From IMG/VR virus record IMGVR_UViG_3300044720_000010, positions 1 through 57,406 of that record: a stretch of 57,406 bases of DNA. The stretch is one strand, 5' to 3'. Under the pieces are notes generated by a model. The model searched no databases. It was not told where the DNA came from and saw nothing but the letters and a program-made list of their open reading frames with translations. Below are positions 1-9,112 of the stretch, one piece after another. Source of the stretch: a virus (Duplodnaviria > Caudoviricetes). Numbering within the stretch: position 1 is the stretch's first letter; the number at the start of each line of letters is the position of its first letter. The position numbers and the translations under genes were made by a program.

Positions 1-28
1 TCATTAACACTCCAATGGTGGGTTCAGT

Positions 29-586
29 TTACAGTTTACCCGCCCCCGGAGTAATCGCCTTCTCGTACCTCAGAGAGACGAACACCCGTGAAGGGAGGCT
101 ACCTGCCGCCTTATAGTAGGAGGTATGTTGCCGTATCCGCGTTGGTCCGAGGAACCACGCTCGAATCCGCTCATCTGCATTCGGGTTTAAGGGCTTCTCA
201 TCGACACTCGGCTTCCCGTATTTTGAAGTCAGAATATCTGCTATCTTAATTCCACAGCCAAACGCAAAATTGTCGTTAAGACCTAGAATTACCTGATACA
301 GTCTTTCTTTCTCAAAAATAAAATCGACATAGAAATCGCAGCCATCGACATCGAAATGCTGGATTCCGAAGTGCGGAAATGACCGATCAGAAGCGGCCTT
401 GGGGTATACAGTTTTGAGGGTTGTGGCCCACCTTTCTAACGATCCGCCGTAAACCGTCTGAACTTCTTTTTCAGACATCCCCCATCGGGTTGACTGGAAG
501 CCCTCCAGTGAAACGCCAGGAACTACTGTTTCGGCGCAAACCGGCGCGGCAGTAAGCAACAGCACTAAAACCAGTGTTCGCCACAC
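29..586 (-). CDS. Exported hypothetical protein
   Basis: N-terminal signal peptide MWRTLVLVLLLTAAPVCA; downstream of repressor on same strand. Confidence 0.75.
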   Translation of the reverse strand: MWRTLVLVLLLTAAPVCAETVVPGVSLEGFQSTRWGMSEKEVQTVYGGSLERWATTLKTVYPKAASDRSFPHFGIQHFDVDGCDFYVDFIFEKERLYQVILGLNDNFAFGCGIKIADILTSKYGKPSVDEKPLNPNADERIRAWFLGPTRIRQHTSYYKAAGSLPSRVFVSLRYEKAITPGAGKL

Positions 587-600
587 ATTAGCCCCCTTCC

Positions 601-870
601 CTATCTCCTTTTATACTGCCAACGGTTTCGGTCCTCCCCCGCTGGCGTGCGGTAAGGCTCTTGCCACATCAGATATCGGTTATCACCTTCACAGTTGACC
701 ATCCACCCGCCAAAAGCGTAGTCAACAACCAGTGTTGCCCTTTCGCACGGGAAGTTGTTAACCCGTAGCAACCACGCAAATCTCTCGCCGTACTGAGGGG
801 TATAGTCGCCCGCATAAGCAGGGGGAGTGGCCAGTATCAACGCAAGAACGCTCATAAATAACAGCTTCAT
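601..870 (-). CDS. Small exported hypothetical protein
   Basis: Signal peptide ending AYA; two Cys; follows repressor by 2 nt. Confidence 0.7.
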   Translation of the reverse strand: MKLLFMSVLALILATPPAYAGDYTPQYGERFAWLLRVNNFPCERATLVVDYAFGGWMVNCEGDNRYLMWQEPYRTPAGEDRNRWQYKRR

Positions 871-872
871 AT

Positions 873-1535
873 TTACCCTCCCTCCTGATCGGAGCCCACG
901 ATCAAATGAATTTCGCGCACTTCGGCTAAAGGAATCCTAATTTCCTCGCTTGGGTTTAATTGCTCTAAAACCAGTTCTCTAACGTTCTGCTCAACAAACT
1001 GCTTAATAAGCACCGAGTTGTCATTTTTGAACACGACAACATCACGGCCGCGCGACGGAGGCTTGAAGGGGTTTATGTGCAGCAACCAGCCGGGGTAGTA
1101 GCGTGGCTGCATTGAATCCCCAAGCATATAAACCGCGTAGGCTTCCCGAACACCGCCCAAGTTGCCGGGCCGCTGTGTATAGCCCACTATATTATCTTCA
1201 AACATTTCTTGCTCAGACCCGCCTCGGCCGGCACTCCGGATGGGGATCATTTCGCCACGTCGAACGGGCGGCCGTCCGGGGGATGCGGATACGATACCCG
1301 TCGCCTTAACGGGCCGATCGACTGACTCTATATCCTCGACCATGCACCCGAGCTGTTCCGCAATCTGGCGCAAGGTGTAACGCCGGGGTCTTCTCGATCG
1401 CCCCGAAATTATATCGGTGACGGCGGTTTCGCCCAATCCCGCGTCGAGAGACAGCGCTTTAGCGTTGCCATTGTACTTAGGAGAAGCGTCTAACAACGCT
1501 TTCAAACGGCGGCCCGTTTCGGTTACGGGCAGCAT
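873..1535 (-). CDS. cI: CI-like repressor (HTH + S24 peptidase domain)
   Basis: HTH-like N-terminus; GDSMQP (catalytic Ser) and LIKQF (catalytic Lys); divergent from cro-like gene; start at ATG 1535 chosen over 1610. Confidence 0.9.
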   Translation of the reverse strand: MLPVTETGRRLKALLDASPKYNGNAKALSLDAGLGETAVTDIISGRSRRPRRYTLRQIAEQLGCMVEDIESVDRPVKATGIVSASPGRPPVRRGEMIPIRSAGRGGSEQEMFEDNIVGYTQRPGNLGGVREAYAVYMLGDSMQPRYYPGWLLHINPFKPPSRGRDVVVFKNDNSVLIKQFVEQNVRELVLEQLNPSEEIRIPLAEVREIHLIVGSDQEGG

Positions 1536-1579
1536 TTCGGCCGAATACAGGCTGACGTTTGCCAAAATATGATTTCCCG

Positions 1580-1610
1580 TTGACTTGATATCCGTAATGG
1601 GATATCCCAT
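1580..1610. promoter_or_regulatory. Putative lysis-lysogeny operator/promoter
   Basis: Perfect 14-bp palindrome ATGGGATATCCCAT (1597-1610) next to TTGACT (1580-1585) between divergent cI and cro-like genes. Confidence 0.6.
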
Positions 1611-1670
1611 GTCCGGTCACGCCGTTCTCCCCAACAGATAAGGGAGGCGTGCGGAGAAATCTATAACCCA

Positions 1671-1907
1671 ATGAGGGGCAACGTGGAACTCGACTTGGCT
1701 GCTGCGCTCAACGCCGTCCTCGGCAGAGGCGCCCGCAAGCGACTTGCCGCAGAGGCATGTGTGCCAACCGAGACGGCAAAAAACTGGCTGGAAGGCCGCT
1801 ATCCAGCCGCCCGCAAGCGCCAGCTCAGCGCGATCCTCATCCGGCATTGCGATCAGCAACGCAAGGCGCTCGACGCAATCCTACAACAAGCATCGCAGGA
1901 TTTATGA
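1671..1907 (+). CDS. Cro/CII-like HTH protein
   Basis: Short, HTH-like (LAAEACVPTETAKNWLEG), divergent from cI. Confidence 0.6.
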   Translation: MRGNVELDLAAALNAVLGRGARKRLAAEACVPTETAKNWLEGRYPAARKRQLSAILIRHCDQQRKALDAILQQASQDL

Positions 1908-1925
1908 AACGTATATCAATCCGGA

Positions 1926-2138
1926 GTGAATAATTTGTATCTTCTTAAAGCGACTACAGACAAAGACATCCTCAACCAGATAGCTGAGTTCATTAAGTCG
2001 GCTGCATCTGCCGAACGTCATCACGCTTCTCGCGTACACAAAGGTAAGAAGATCGCGAGAGAACGATCTGAATACGCTGCACGGATGTTGGACCAGCTCG
2101 CTATCGACATAAGAGAGAACATGAAGATCGATCGCTAA
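1926..2138 (+). CDS. Hypothetical protein
   Basis: GGAG immediately before GTG start; operon position. Confidence 0.5.
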   Translation: MNNLYLLKATTDKDILNQIAEFIKSAASAERHHASRVHKGKKIARERSEYAARMLDQLAIDIRENMKIDR

Positions 2139-2207
2139 CTACAAACCGCTTGACACGCTCCAACACACAACTCCACTATCACCTAATAGACGAATTGGAG
2201 TTGACAG

Positions 2208-2525
2208 ATGGCGAAGGGTGGTGACGGTCGGAAGATAGAGCCAGACGACAACTACGATCCATCACTCGACGCACCAACACCACGGGACGTAGGTGGCATC
2301 AGCGGACAACGGCTCCTTTCGTTCATAGAACGAGTCGAGAGGCTGAACGAGGAGACAGCCGCACTACGAGCTGACATCAAGGAAATAATGAAGGAAGCTA
2401 AAGGATCAGGCTTTGATGTCAAGATCATCCGCTTCCTTATCAAGATACGCCAGCAAGACGCCGACGACGCAAACGAGTTTGAAGCACGCGTGGACACCTA
2501 CAAACGCGCTATTGGTATGGGGTAA
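2208..2525 (+). CDS. gapR: GapR/DUF2312 nucleoid-associated protein
   Basis: LLSFIERVERLNEE...DIKEIMKEAKGSGFDVKIIR...YKRAIGM signature; TTGACA at 2150 and GGAG RBS upstream. Confidence 0.9.
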   Translation: MAKGGDGRKIEPDDNYDPSLDAPTPRDVGGISGQRLLSFIERVERLNEETAALRADIKEIMKEAKGSGFDVKIIRFLIKIRQQDADDANEFEARVDTYKRAIGMG

Positions 2526-2527
2526 AC

Positions 2528-3547
2528 ATGGACATGCTAACCGACTACACCGCCGAGTTCCAACAGGGTGGCGTAAAGGCTGCCATCGCGGCCACTGGCG
2601 CCAAGAGCGGCGACCTGTTGATGGTGCCGATCGACAAAATACGGGTGCCCGAAGGGCTTAATGTACGCGACCGTACAGAAGCCTACGAACGGCACATCGA
2701 AATGCTGTGCGACTCTATCATCGAAAACGGTTTCTTCCGGTGGATGCCGTTGCGTGGCTACGCTGCCAAGGTCGGCGACGAAACGGTGATCTACGTCACG
2801 GGTGGCTTCTCCCGGCTGGAGGCTGCCAAGCTGGCGATCAAACGAGCCAGCATACCGCTTGAAGTGTTGCCGGTGGTGCTGACGCCAAGCGGCACGTCTA
2901 TGGCCGATATCCAGCTCGGCTTGGCGATGGACAACACCGGCCGAGCGCTCACCCCCTACGAGCGTGGCCGGGTGGTCAAGCGGCTAATCGGCTACGGCTG
3001 GAGCCAGCAGGACATCGCCACCAAACTCGTTGTCTCACAGGCTTACGTGAACAACCTGCTTTACTTGCACGGTCTGCCACAGGCCATACAGGACATGGTG
3101 ATGCGCGATCAGGTGAGCGCCAACCACGCCGTCACCACCGCCAAGGCGGTCGGCCCCGACGAGGCCCTGAAGACGTTCCAAGACGCATTATTAGTTACTA
3201 ATAACGAGCGCATCGAAGGCGACCCGTCATCCGAGGACGATGACATCGAAAAGGGCGGAAGCGCTGGCCGAATCAGGCCAAAGGCAACCGGCGTCGTCAG
3301 CAAGAAAATCATTTTGGCGGCGGTAGACTACGCGATTGCGCTTGGCGACATCGAGTTCCTGATCCGCTGGCGCAAGGGCGAGAAGGACGCCGTTGACGAA
3401 CTCGCGGCCACGCTGAAGAAGCCCAAGGCCGTCAAAGCCAAGGCCGTTAAGGCCAAGCGCAAAACCAAAGCGCAGAAAACGGCTGACGCTGTTGCGGCGG
3501 CCGAGATCGGCAAGGCGGCTGACGAACTGGAGGATGACGACCTGTAA
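2528..3547 (+). CDS. ParB/Srx-like domain protein with HTH
   Basis: N-terminal ParB-like region (GGFSRLEAA), HTH GWSQQDIATKLVVSQAYV, Lys/Ala-rich tail. Confidence 0.8.
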   Translation: MDMLTDYTAEFQQGGVKAAIAATGAKSGDLLMVPIDKIRVPEGLNVRDRTEAYERHIEMLCDSIIENGFFRWMPLRGYAAKVGDETVIYVTGGFSRLEAAKLAIKRASIPLEVLPVVLTPSGTSMADIQLGLAMDNTGRALTPYERGRVVKRLIGYGWSQQDIATKLVVSQAYVNNLLYLHGLPQAIQDMVMRDQVSANHAVTTAKAVGPDEALKTFQDALLVTNNERIEGDPSSEDDDIEKGGSAGRIRPKATGVVSKKIILAAVDYAIALGDIEFLIRWRKGEKDAVDELAATLKKPKAVKAKAVKAKRKTKAQKTADAVAAAEIGKAADELEDDDL

Positions 3548-3560
3548 AGGAGGCCGAACC

Positions 3561-4175
3561 GTGGAAATCCGTCATCAGCATACCAACGAAGTTCTACGAA
3601 CAGTAGAGGGTGTGAACCTCCAGGGTGTGAACCTCCGGGGTGCGTACCTCCAGGGTGCGAACCTCCAGGATGCGAACCTCCAGGATGCGAACCTCCGGGA
3701 TGCGAACCTCCAGGGTGCGTACCTCCAGGGTGCGTACCTCCGGGGTGTAAACCTCCGGGGTGCAGACCTCCGGGGTGCGTACCTCCAGGGTGCGAACCTC
3801 CAGGATGCGAACCTCCGGGGTGCGTACCTCCAGGGTGTGAACCTCCAGGGTGTAAACCTCCGGGGTGCAGACCTCCGGGGTGCGTACCTCCGGGGTGCGT
3901 ACCTCCGGGGTGCGTACCTCCAGGGTGCGAACCTCCAGGATGCGAACCTCCGGGATGCGAACCTCCAGGATGCGAACCTCCAGGGTGTGAAAGGCTATAT
4001 TTGTCTTGGAACAGACACGCGCAACTATCACTTTCGCGCGGTCAAGTGGTCAGACGGCTGGCGGGTAAACGCAGGCTGCCGGTGGTTCACTGTTGCCGAA
4101 GCGGTAGCACACTGGACCGCCAAGGGTAACAACGACGCTTTGGCTCGCGTAGCCATCGTAACGGCTCACAAGTAA
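3561..4175 (+). CDS. Pentapeptide repeat protein
   Basis: About 25 tandem [GD][AV][NYD]L[QR] repeats; GGAGG RBS before GTG 3561. Confidence 0.92.
   Translation: MEIRHQHTNEVLRTVEGVNLQGVNLRGAYLQGANLQDANLQDANLRDANLQGAYLQGAYLRGVNLRGADLRGAYLQGANLQDANLRGAYLQGVNLQGVNLRGADLRGAYLRGAYLRGAYLQGANLQDANLRDANLQDANLQGVKGYICLGTDTRNYHFRAVKWSDGWRVNAGCRWFTVAEAVAHWTAKGNNDALARVAIVTAHK
3609..3985 (+). repeat. 15-bp tandem repeat (~25 units) encoding pentapeptides
   Basis: Near-identical units of type GGTGCGAACCTCCAG. Confidence 0.9.
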
Positions 4176-4288
4176 ATGGGCCGGTAAAACCCTCCGGATG
4201 GCTTACAGTAAAGTTCAAGCTGCCGATCGACGCTACGCAACTCACCGCCTCGCCGCGCATCGCAACTCAACGCAATGGGCTACCGCAA

Positions 4289-4615
4289 ATGGGCTGGAGT
4301 TATAAAGTCTTAAAGATGGGCCGTGACGGTAGGGCGGAATGGCTCACGGCCGAGCTGAAGTTCAAGCTGCCGATCGACGCTGCACGTGCTGCTATGGCTT
4401 ACATGGTTTCGCACGCCGATCGCGGAGAAATGGTTGTCGTCAGCTTGGAGCCGTCGCCCGAGTTGAAGCCGGTAACTGATCGGCTGCGCGAGCATCAAGT
4501 CATGCTTGACTATCTGAAAGCAGTTTACCGGCGCAATTCCAGCATGGAGTTGGGCGACCTAATCCGCGAAATCGATCCGTATTGGATAGAGCCTAATGGA
4601 CAAAATCCAGCTTGA
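4289..4615 (+). CDS. Hypothetical protein
   Basis: ORF in tightly packed early operon. Confidence 0.6.
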   Translation: MGWSYKVLKMGRDGRAEWLTAELKFKLPIDAARAAMAYMVSHADRGEMVVVSLEPSPELKPVTDRLREHQVMLDYLKAVYRRNSSMELGDLIREIDPYWIEPNGQNPA

Positions 4616-4799
4616 CACCCGTGACCGGCGCAACCTGTACCGGGAAGACTCGGAAAACGTGTTTGCTGTCGGCATATCGTCTGATGAGCCGGCCGTTGAA
4701 CTGATTGGCGACGTGGTTGAGACGCTGACAGACGCGATCGACACTTTGCGCCAAACCGGAGGGCGGTTCGCATACGTCGTAATGAGGATCGAACGATGA
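4596..4799 (+). CDS. Hypothetical protein
   Basis: Overlaps neighbours; ATGA coupling to next gene. Confidence 0.55.
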   Translation: MDKIQLDTRDRRNLYREDSENVFAVGISSDEPAVELIGDVVETLTDAIDTLRQTGGRFAYVVMRIER

Positions 4800-5005
4800 A
4801 GCCTTACGATGAACGGCTAGGCTGTCTCGCGTTTCCACAAGACGGCGTGTGGCTTGTCGTAGAGCCCAGCGGCAAACTGATAGCCTGTACCGGAAATGAT
4901 GAGTACGAGGCTCGCGCCATAGCGCAATACCACAACTTAGTAGGTGATCTATGCCATACGCTCGCCGTGCCAGCGATCGCGGGTGGCGAGGGAGAGCCGA
5001 CATGA
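4796..5005 (+). CDS. Hypothetical protein
   Basis: ATGA overlaps at both ends. Confidence 0.55.
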   Translation: MKPYDERLGCLAFPQDGVWLVVEPSGKLIACTGNDEYEARAIAQYHNLVGDLCHTLAVPAIAGGEGEPT

Positions 5006-5448
5006 GCGAGAACCCGCCACGCGCCGATGCGACGCAGCATGCTGAAAAGTTTATGAGGGTAGTAAAGAACTATGTAGCAAACACGCCAATATTTACAGGG
5101 CATCTTGCCCTCGCCCTACAGCAGTACGGCGACGGGCGAGCCCGCGAGGCACGCAACGTCCTAATCGACCGGCACGACTCCACTTCTGGCGATCATGTCC
5201 TGGCGAACTGCGCCTTCTGTCAACTCGTAGATCACGTCCGCCGCGAGGCCAGAGCAGCGGCGCTTGTTGGTGTACGGGGCGCCTATCGGGCGATCCGCGC
5301 GCAACAGGTCCACCATCAAAGTCTTGCAGACACTGAAGGCATTGCCGGCAGAGACAATGATCGTGCCCTCGCCCATGCCTATCGCATCGCGGCGAACACG
5401 ATAGAGAACGTACTCCTAGAAGCTGCCACCGAGGACGAGATCCCATGA
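5002..5448 (+). CDS. Hypothetical protein
   Basis: ATGA overlap, GGAG RBS, CxxC motif. Confidence 0.55.
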   Translation: MSENPPRADATQHAEKFMRVVKNYVANTPIFTGHLALALQQYGDGRAREARNVLIDRHDSTSGDHVLANCAFCQLVDHVRREARAAALVGVRGAYRAIRAQQVHHQSLADTEGIAGRDNDRALAHAYRIAANTIENVLLEAATEDEIP

Positions 5449-5688
5449 CCGCGAGCGCCCTCGCCTCGAAGCCGCCGTCCGATGGAACATGATTATTGGT
5501 GGCAGATGCTACGCGCAGCGATCTTCGCGTTGGCGTTCTGCGGTGGCTGGGAAATAGCTAAGCTAACGCCATGAAGCTAATCGCCTACCGTTGTGGTCTG
5601 CCCGCTTGGGTCAGAGGTAAGTGCAAGCGGCAAGGCGGTACGCGCATCTGTGGCGTATGTCTCGGCGATCTGTATCAACAGGACTTTC

Positions 5689-5853
5689 ATGAACCAAGAC
5701 ACCCTAGACGAAGCCGTAAAAGCCGCCAAACGGTTCCTCGAACTCGCTGAGAACTTAGAGTTAGGCATCGTAGGCACCCGTGCATCGGGAGCCGTCAAGC
5801 GGGCCAGCATGGACCTGACGCGAGCGTTAACCGATTTAAGGAAACCGGGATGA
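5689..5853 (+). CDS. Small hypothetical protein
   Basis: AGGA RBS; C-terminal SGAVKRASMDLTRALTDLRKP typical of small phage proteins. Confidence 0.55.
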   Translation: MNQDTLDEAVKAAKRFLELAENLELGIVGTRASGAVKRASMDLTRALTDLRKPG

Positions 5854-5992
5854 TACAAATCTGTATCTTAAACCCGAGACTAGAACGCAGATGGGGCTTA
5901 CGGTTCCCACTATACAACTACCACTGGCTGGTTTTATGGCTTGGCTGGGTCGAGCTAAGATTTGGCCGATGGCCGTCGATACGGAGAGAACC

Positions 5993-6268
5993 ATGAGCAC
6001 CATAGACGACCTGAAGGCCAAGGTAGATCGACTGCGGGATCAACTACGTGACGCGCAGAAGTCGTACAACGACGCCAGGATCGCAGAATACCCGATCAAG
6101 CCGGGACAGGTGTTTATTAATAAGAAGGGTCAGCGTGGTCAAGTTATCAATTTAGAAGTTCACTATGGTAGAATTACCCCGATACTCGGGTTGTTTAATA
6201 AAGACGGCACCCTCGGTGCTCGTGAAAGTGTCATGAACCACTGGCTTGAGTGGAAGGCAGAGCAATGA
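5993..6268 (+). CDS. Hypothetical protein
   Basis: GGAG RBS; coiled-coil N-terminus. Confidence 0.55.
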   Translation: MSTIDDLKAKVDRLRDQLRDAQKSYNDARIAEYPIKPGQVFINKKGQRGQVINLEVHYGRITPILGLFNKDGTLGARESVMNHWLEWKAEQ

Positions 6269-6609
6269 CCGATGACCCGAGAGTCCAACGCCTGAACGCC
6301 GTTGCAGCCCAAATGATTACCGATCACAAGTATGACCCGCACTTCGCCGGGATGGCTGAGCGGATCGACATAGAGACGCGGCTGTTCTTGGCTCGGTGTG
6401 ACGCGCTCCGCGAACTCGCGCTCAAAGATATGTTGGACCTGCGCAGTCAGTTTAGCGACGAACGGTATGCCGTGGAAACTGATCGGAAGATCGGTTTCTA
6501 CACGCAAGTCGATGGTCGATGGATAGTAACACCCCCATCAACGGAGAAGTTACGTGCGACAGCAATTGCGGTGATGCACTACTGCGCCGGCACTCCGCAA
6601 CAGGATTGA
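6265..6609 (+). CDS. Hypothetical protein
   Basis: ATGA overlap with upstream ORF. Confidence 0.55.
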   Translation: MTDDPRVQRLNAVAAQMITDHKYDPHFAGMAERIDIETRLFLARCDALRELALKDMLDLRSQFSDERYAVETDRKIGFYTQVDGRWIVTPPSTEKLRATAIAVMHYCAGTPQQD

Positions 6610-6832
6610 TCCATCACGAAAATCGCTGAGATACTTTCACACGAGCTGAAGCAATGATCTCCGCTAAACAGCGTGTCGCCATCCACATGGCCGCTGCACT
6701 CCCGCTCGACCTACCGCCTCGCCGTACTGCGTTCCACGTATGGAAGTGGTGGATGCACCTTGCGCTCATGGCGTTCGCGTCAACGTGGGTCGCGGTAGGC
6801 GTTGTCTACATACTACGGAAGGGGATGTAACT

Positions 6833-7069
6833 GTGAGCAGCCACCATAGACGGTCAAGGGTCTGGCTTGAAAAACGTCTAGCCACTTATCCGTACTTGGC
6901 AACTGCACCCGTATCAACCAGACCGCAAGACGTTGACCCGGCCATACAGGAAACCTGTTGCTCGGCTGTACTCCATACAGGCGTTCGGACTTGGGCGTTC
7001 GTCTCACCTGAATCCAGGGGTGTGTTCCTGCAAACCGTACCTATGGCTCAGCAGGTTGATGGGCTGTGA
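6833..7069 (+). CDS. Hypothetical protein
   Basis: GTG start; GTGA overlap with SLOG gene. Confidence 0.45.
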   Translation: MSSHHRRSRVWLEKRLATYPYLATAPVSTRPQDVDPAIQETCCSAVLHTGVRTWAFVSPESRGVFLQTVPMAQQVDGL

Positions 7070-7494
7070 TAGTCGGCCTCACCGGCACCCGTCATGGCCC
7101 TACACCACACCAGCACGACGCTATGAAGTGGTTTCTAACAGGGCTGCCGATAAGCCGCTTCGTACACGGAGCAACATCCGGCGCAGACACCCTCGGCCAC
7201 TACATCGTCGAGAAGGCGCATCGCGGCGTACCGATCGAGCTGCATCCGTCCAACATCGGCTACCGCAGCATCCTTCTGCACAACCCGGTTGGCAATCTGG
7301 AGATATACCCCGAGGCAGACCCGCTAGAGCGCAACCGCAACATCGTTTGCCGGGTGCACGGGCTGGTGGCTGTACCGATGCGATACCCGGAGGATTGGGG
7401 CTCTGGCACATGGGCGACCGTGAGAGAAGCTAGGTGGATAGGGTTGCCAGTGTACGTGATCCGGCCAGATGGAAGGACTGTGAGGGACATATGA
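7066..7494 (+). CDS. SLOG-superfamily (YspA-like) protein
   Basis: GLTGTR, HGATSGAD, RNRNIV and GSGTWATV motifs. Confidence 0.75.
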   Translation: MIVGLTGTRHGPTPHQHDAMKWFLTGLPISRFVHGATSGADTLGHYIVEKAHRGVPIELHPSNIGYRSILLHNPVGNLEIYPEADPLERNRNIVCRVHGLVAVPMRYPEDWGSGTWATVREARWIGLPVYVIRPDGRTVRDI

Positions 7495-8426
7495 ACCGTG
7501 ATCTAGCGGAACAAATTTTTCCACTCGCCACAATCAATCGCACGTCAGCCGTGGCCGTCAAATCGTCCACCCACATGTCAGGCGATATACGGACTCGACT
7601 CGACAGCATCTACGTTGTGTTCCCGAAGATGGTCATGGGCGAGCGTAACCGCCATCGCTGCTTCTCTCTGTCCGACCGATCGTCCCGAGCGGTTCCCCCG
7701 GAAAAACTTATTGCCGAAGTGCGATCGGGAGAAGGACTAGCTATGCCTGCCAAGTTCCGCAAGCGGGTGAAAGGCATGGGCGGCGGCGATGAGTTGATGG
7801 GGGATGAGCTGATAGAAGCACAGCTCGATTGGATTGAAGACGCCCTGAACGCGGCTGACGGCGCAGAGCGAGCCATGAAACGAGAGGCCAAGGAGACGGT
7901 CAATCGCCGGCTCGATATGTTCATCTACATGCACAGCCTTCAGACCGGAGTACAAAGTGGTTGGCTTAACTTTTTCGGCCTACGGTTAGACCAAGGCGCA
8001 GACCCAACGATCCAAGTTCTAGCGCAAAAATGTTTCGAGGCGTACCGAACAACTATACCGAATGCCCTAAGCCCCGGATCTTGGCATCTACCTTTCATCG
8101 ATATCCACGAGGCGGCTACGACAGACATCCTCATCAACCTGTCGGCGGCACGTTGCGCCCATCTGTCCTACAACGATCTTGAAACTGGCCAGCGTATGAC
8201 GTTGGAACGGGCTCTCGGGATCGCCGCCAAACTGAAGGACACGAGCCCGCTGCACGCCAGCCCGTTCGAGCATCAGGCTACGCCGGATACTCAGATAGAT
8301 ATCAATGGCATTCGAGCAGGATGGAAAAACCGGGGAGAACACGGCAACCTACCCGGCTGGCGGCAGGCTCGCAAGATGATCCCCGACGAACAGATAGCTC
8401 CGCTTCCCGAGGGCTATGAACTATGA
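7491..8426 (+). CDS. thyX: FAD-dependent thymidylate synthase
   Basis: RHRCFSLSDRSSR ThyX motif; SAARCAHLSY; HASPFEH. Confidence 0.88.
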   Translation: MNRDLAEQIFPLATINRTSAVAVKSSTHMSGDIRTRLDSIYVVFPKMVMGERNRHRCFSLSDRSSRAVPPEKLIAEVRSGEGLAMPAKFRKRVKGMGGGDELMGDELIEAQLDWIEDALNAADGAERAMKREAKETVNRRLDMFIYMHSLQTGVQSGWLNFFGLRLDQGADPTIQVLAQKCFEAYRTTIPNALSPGSWHLPFIDIHEAATTDILINLSAARCAHLSYNDLETGQRMTLERALGIAAKLKDTSPLHASPFEHQATPDTQIDINGIRAGWKNRGEHGNLPGWRQARKMIPDEQIAPLPEGYEL

Positions 8427-8587
8427 GTGATGGTCCTGCCTGCCCTTTCCCGCCTGAGAAAGACCAGCCTTCTGTACATCATGTTGATGGCAAGTGCGAA
8501 TGGCATCCTATCTGTCCGCATCCTGTCGCGTGCGACCGCCACGGCTGCGCCCATCCGAAGGATAGCCATTCAGAGGCGAACCGATGA
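8423..8587 (+). CDS. Small Cys/His-rich protein (54 aa, not in ORF track)
   Basis: Translated by hand; ATGA overlaps at both ends. Confidence 0.55.
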   Translation: MSDGPACPFPPEKDQPSVHHVDGKCEWHPICPHPVACDRHGCAHPKDSHSEANR

Positions 8588-8832
8588 ACCGTGAGGGCTT
8601 CTATCGCATCATATGGGACTATCAACCCGGAATCGGATTCTGCCGCCATCATACGTTAGCAGTACACGAGGAAACCTATGAGAATTGGAATTTAATGATA
8701 ATCCGTGGTGTTCCGGGCGATCCCCATCACATTGCAACGTTAAACATAAATTCTACTAGCGATAATTTCAAAAGTCTTGTGGTCGGTAAACCGATCCGAG
8801 GTTTGCCAACGAAATTCCGTGATGCCCCGTAA
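8584..8832 (+). CDS. Hypothetical protein
   Basis: ATGA overlap; lower GC. Confidence 0.55.
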   Translation: MNREGFYRIIWDYQPGIGFCRHHTLAVHEETYENWNLMIIRGVPGDPHHIATLNINSTSDNFKSLVVGKPIRGLPTKFRDAP

Positions 8833-9112
8833 GTCCTCACCGCTGCCCGTAGGCAGCCCTGGCGCCGACACCCTGCCACGGGTGCTCCCGGCCACCAGTC
8901 TGCCCTACAGCCTCGCCCCGCGCGGCCTGTCGCGGGTGCAGGCAGCCGAGTACGTGGGCATCGGTGTCACCAAGTTCGATGAGCTGGTGGCCGATGGTCG
9001 GATGCCCCAGCCAAAGCGGATTGATGGGCGTAAGGTTTGGGATAGGATGCAGGTTGACGCCGCATTCGTGGCGATCGACGGAACCGAGCATAACCCGTGG
9101 GATAACATATGA
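8822..9112 (+). CDS. xis: Excisionase (AlpA-like wHTH)
   Basis: PRGLSRVQAAEYVGIGVTKFDELVADGRMPQPKRIDGRKVWDR; upstream of integrase. Confidence 0.82.
   Translation: MPRKSSPLPVGSPGADTLPRVLPATSLPYSLAPRGLSRVQAAEYVGIGVTKFDELVADGRMPQPKRIDGRKVWDRMQVDAAFVAIDGTEHNPWDNI

Noticed and set aside
1536-1610. Longer cI start at 1610
   Set aside because: Extension runs through the operator palindrome and promoter; HTH begins after Met at 1535
3609-3985. Possible CRISPR array
   Set aside because: Contiguous 15-bp coding repeats with no unique spacers
3594-4031. 145-aa minus-strand EVRTL repeat ORF
   Set aside because: Antisense reading of the pentapeptide repeat
4211-4381. Possible DGR template/variable repeat pair
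   Set aside because: Only 24 bp identical, no adenine-specific mismatches, and no reverse transcriptase in the window
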